NCBI GenBank assembly: GCA_010405405.1
Contig: MU004232.1
Coordinates: forward strand, 1,693,481-1,757,480
Source of the DNA: Microthyrium microscopicum
Lineage: Eukaryota
Direction of reading: 5' to 3'
DNA: 64,000 bases
In this document: positions 63,138 to 64,000 of the stretch, piece by piece
Position numbering within the stretch: position 1 is the first letter of the stretch
Layout of the letters: each line of letters opens with the position of its first letter
Program-made: the position numbers and the translations under genes
Notes under the pieces: generated by a model
The model's input: the letters and a program-made list of their open reading frames with translations, nothing else
Database searches by the model: none
Told to the model about the DNA's origin: nothing

Positions 63138-64000
63138 TTAAGGATGAGACGGTGTCGGTGTTCGATCAAAATCGCCTGTTGGCGTGCTCACAGCTGGCAC
63201 GATAGTTACGGTTGACGATTGTGTTGTTGCCATTGGAAGTGTTGCTGAAGTGGTATTTTCGGCACTGAGATGGGAGGTGTCGACGGCTTTGGCTTCTACT
63301 GGTGTCTTGCTATCTACTTCGTCGAGCCAGCGCCGTATGCCATCACGCAACGTGCTTTCCGTGTCTGCAAGGCGCTCCCGCGTGTGGGGTGTTGTGTCGT
63401 TCTTAGTGCGTCCACGGGCTTCAGCGGCGACAATGGCTTCGAGGGAGCCGAGAATTAGGCGCTTGCAGTCGCGCAGGTCATCACCCCTGGATTCGTCGCC
63501 GGTGGGCCGGCCGCGGCACGAGGAGGATCGAGAGGAGGATGAGGAGGCATGAGATTTATCGGGAGAGGGTGTGGAGAGGCCGATGACACGCTCGACGACC
63601 TCAATGAAGTCACGGTCCGTGTCGGCAACGCGCTCCTCAGGGAAGGTTTCGTCCAGCGTGAGCTCAGTCACGGCGGCAGCGGCGGAGCCAGTAGGACCGA
63701 CTAGGGCGGGTTGTTGATAGGGGTTGCCGTATTGAGAGCGAAGGGGCAGGCCAGCGAAGGAAGGTGTAGGAGGGGCTTGAGTCGCGCCGCGGACGAAGCG
63801 GACGAGACGTCTAAGTTTAATGCGCTTGACGGTGAAAGAGTCGGTGTCGACGATGAGAGTGGTGCAGACATCGAGCCATCTGTCCATGGTAGCGGCAGTG
63901 TCAGGAAAAGGCTCGAGAAGAGGTGGATTGGGTTCGGCAGACATGGCGGCCTTGATGTCTTTGAGGTTAAGAACGTCAGGGTATGGTTTGACGGCTTGGA
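63138..64000 (-). CDS. Hypothetical protein, C-terminal part; truncated by the window edge
   Basis: The frame stays open from the window end (QAVKPYPDVLNLKDIKAAMSAEP...) to the stop at 63138, with coding-like composition; family not recognised. Confidence 0.7.
   Translation of the reverse strand, partial: QAVKPYPDVLNLKDIKAAMSAEPNPPLLEPFPDTAATMDRWLDVCTTLIVDTDSFTVKRIKLRRLVRFVRGATQAPPTPSFAGLPLRSQYGNPYQQPALVGPTGSAAAAVTELTLDETFPEERVADTDRDFIEVVERVIGLSTPSPDKSHASSSSSRSSSCRGRPTGDESRGDDLRDCKRLILGSLEAIVAAEARGRTKNDTTPHTRERLADTESTLRDGIRRWLDEVDSKTPVEAKAVDTSHLSAENTTSATLPMATTQSSTVTIVPAVSTPTGDFDRTPTPSHP

Noticed and set aside
1..64000. tRNA, rRNA or CRISPR arrays
   Set aside because: No cloverleaf with A/B boxes, rRNA signature or repeat-spacer array was recognised by eye; tRNAscan-SE and Infernal would be needed to exclude small RNAs.

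Overview
Filamentous-ascomycete genomic DNA (GT-AG introns with CTAAC/CTRAY branch points, Zn2Cys6 factors, a HET gene, RIP), possibly a Dothideomycete. The main feature is a single, heavily RIP-mutated Ty3/Gypsy LTR retrotransposon of 15,967 bp (5021-20987). It has 242-bp TG...CA LTRs and a 4-bp GCGT target-site duplication. Mentally reversing the RIP transitions recovers protease, RT, RNase H and integrase motifs in Gypsy order. It also shows two large regions these domains do not explain: about 2.7 kb between protease and RT, and a decayed sense-strand ORF of about 3.4 kb between integrase and the 3' LTR, where retroviruses carry env. Host genes are the 3' part of TAO3/furry, a D-amino-acid oxidase, the AP-3 beta subunit, a DUF3431 protein, a small secreted knottin-type peptide, Dabb and SDR genes, three Zn2Cys6 factors, a C2H2 factor, a HET-domain gene, a FAR1/WRKY-GCM1-like + C2H2 protein, an omega-class GST (ECM4-like), an aldo-keto reductase, a small secreted protein and a truncated hypothetical gene. 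All de-RIP readings and family calls were made by eye, with no database searches. Internal coordinates within the element are approximate.
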